Shown piece by piece: positions 42,281 to 43,517 of a DNA stretch of 43,517 nt. The stretch is from Naegleria gruberi (taxonomy: Eukaryota): the NCBI GenBank assembly GCA_000004985.1, contig GG738958.1. One strand, given 5' to 3'. Under the pieces are notes generated by a model, which did no database searches, was not told the origin of the DNA, and saw only the letters and a list, made by a program, of their open reading frames with translations. The stretch's first letter is position 1; every line of letters begins with the position of its first letter. The translations under genes and the position numbers were made by a program.

Positions 42281-42777
42281 TTTGAATTGTTTTTTTTGAG
42301 TATTGTTGTTATTGTGAAAGGAGAATGAGTGGGAAATTTATTCGAAAGTTGTTTTGAGTATGTTTTCATGTACTTACTATATTTGTTATCTTCATGTGGT
42401 TTCACTAAATTTCAGTTTGCGAAACATCACAATAAACTTGTTACTTGTCATTTTCCTTCTTCATTTGACTGAAGTCTAACATATCACACAAGACATATCC
42501 TAATTCACTGAAGTATATTCAAGACATTAGACTTACTAAACTTGGAAGGTTTTCCAAGTTTTTTTTCTTCATGCTGAAAACAAACTTGGCATCTCATGAT
42601 AACTAACACAATCTCGACTCGGAATAATAACTAAGGTTTTTACAATTTCATACACTTTCTTTTCTTTTAATAGAATCGAATTACATTAACCAAACTTCTC
42701 TTTTAGTTTATTGTAAAATGTTTTGGCTGCTAGTTCTATCTAAAAATTGGTTAAATTTCATAAAAATATTATAAAAA

Positions 42778-43384
42778 ATGCGTAAACGGACAGAAAGTGA
42801 TTCTTCTCTGTTGAAATTACCTACAGAAATTCTTAGAGTCATTCTCTCCTTTCTGAACTATCCGAATACATCAGAATATTGGAAAGTTGCAGACGAAACA
42901 CTTTTCCATCATCCGATTTCAATGATACTTGAAAATATGAAACGAATGGTTTTAAATTTGCAATCTATTTGTTCATTCTTTCAAAATGATGACATTCCGA
43001 TTGGAAGGGAATTAAACGAATTTTGGATAATTTTAATCCAGAGAGAATTTTACTTTCCAACAGGATTTATTGAAAGTAAAAAGGAAAAGATCAGACCAAA
43101 AGCTAAAAGATGTTATCTGCTATTACATAAAATGGTAGAAATGAAATTTAATAATGATTGTGGTGCTATTCGAAACATTCAACATTCAGTTCAAGAATCT
43201 AATAGTTTCAAAGTGTGTGTAATGGGAGAAGGAGGAGCAGGAAAATCAAATCTATGTAGAAGATGCGCCAATGATGATTTCTTTGAAGTGTTTGATATGG
43301 GAACTGTGGAAGAAATTTTTAGAAAACAAATTAGTGTCAATAATCAAAAATTTGAAATTGAATTTGAAGAACCTTCCAGTTATG
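42778..43384 (+). CDS. Exon 1 of an F-box-like / Ras-like small GTPase fusion protein (P-loop intact, switch II DxxGQ degenerate)
   Basis: ATG at 42778. N-terminal LLKLPTEILRVILSFLNYP resembles the F-box core (LP.eIL..Il..L), which is a weak call. C-terminal KVCVMGEGGAGKSNLCRRCANDDFFEVFDMGTVEEIFRKQISVNNQKFEIEFEEPSSY aligns to Ras [60 protein letters not shown] (G1 GxxGxGKS present; switch I T; DTAGQ replaced by EEPSS). The exon ends ...agt tat g|gtaagt. Confidence 0.65.
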
Positions 43385-43425
43385 GTAAGTTTATTTGAGA
43401 ATTTTTGAATTCAAATTTGGAATAG
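43385..43425 (+). other. Spliceosomal intron, 41 nt, phase 1: GTAAGT...AATAG
   Basis: Unspliced reading hits TGA at 43396-43398. Joining 43384 to 43426 gives ...SSY-D-EFEALRDMSVRNCQVSIIVFPSIHDS, matching Ras [31 protein letters not shown] (the ALRD/AMRD and VF motifs line up). Confidence 0.7.
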
Positions 43426-43505
43426 ATGAGTTTGAAGCACTTAGAGATATGTCAGTTCGTAACTGCCAAGTGTCAATTATTGTATTTCCATCGATTCATG
43501 ATTCT
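43426..43505 (+). CDS. Exon 2 of the F-box/Ras-like gene; probably ends at a GTAAAT donor at 43506 and continues beyond the window
   Basis: In-frame Ras core continues; the G4 NKxD and G5 motifs have not yet appeared. gtaaat at 43506-43511 is a plausible donor; otherwise TAG at 43515-43517 would truncate the GTPase domain, which is unlikely. Confidence 0.5.
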
Positions 43506-43517
43506 GTAAATCACTAG

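Noticed and set aside
42136-42405. 89-aa minus-strand ORF overlapping the 5' end of the membrane-protein gene in another frame
   Set aside because: It is out of frame with the supported ATG at 42280 and has a K/N-rich chance composition. It is most likely 5' UTR or promoter.
1-43517. Prokaryotic-style systems (CRISPR arrays, operons, defence islands, integrons)
   Set aside because: The sequence is eukaryotic: spliceosomal introns with GTAAGT/GTATGT donors, AATAAA poly(A) signals, a Pol III T-run after the tRNA, and RGS, AVL9 and Ras proteins. There are no direct-repeat and spacer arrays and no Shine-Dalgarno-coupled gene strings.

Overview
This window is eukaryotic nuclear DNA, AT-rich (roughly one-third GC in coding sequence) and compact. 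About 63% of it cannot be read: two N runs at 12485-35698 (23,214 nt) and 37486-41735 (4,250 nt). The giant ORFs in the track that cross them (12436..35880, 12458..35977, 12476..35791, 37325..42280, 37342..41757, 37427..42091, 37473..41780) are poly-X artefacts. The ORF finder also prints M for alternative start codons; the 36052..37266 ORF starts at TTG, so its M is not a real start. Readable content in order: (1) a + strand gene for a thioredoxin-fold CxxC plus C-terminal RGS-domain protein; (2) a class-II tRNA-Ser(GCT) with a T6 Pol III terminator; (3) a + strand 1169-aa AVL9/DENN-like membrane-traffic protein; (4) a tandem array of five paralogous small minus-strand genes (145-182 aa) of a family I cannot assign, with an AT-hook ORF embedded in the array; (5) after the large gap, a minus-strand multi-exon gene for a peptidase-S41-like type I membrane protein with a Cys-rich stalk, containing one demonstrable 79-nt intron (GTATGT...AAATAG) and a 5' part lost in the second gap; (6) the N-terminal fragment of a minus-strand polytopic membrane protein; (7) a + strand F-box-like/Ras-like GTPase fusion gene with a 41-nt intron (GTAAGT...AATAG) that runs off the window. 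Several genes have AATAAA overlapping or immediately abutting the stop codon. There are no prokaryotic features: no CRISPR, no operons, and no rRNA in the readable part. The source is probably a protist with short GTAAGT/GTATGT introns, possibly amoebozoan or dictyostelid-like, but this is a low-confidence guess from composition, intron style and protein low-complexity only.
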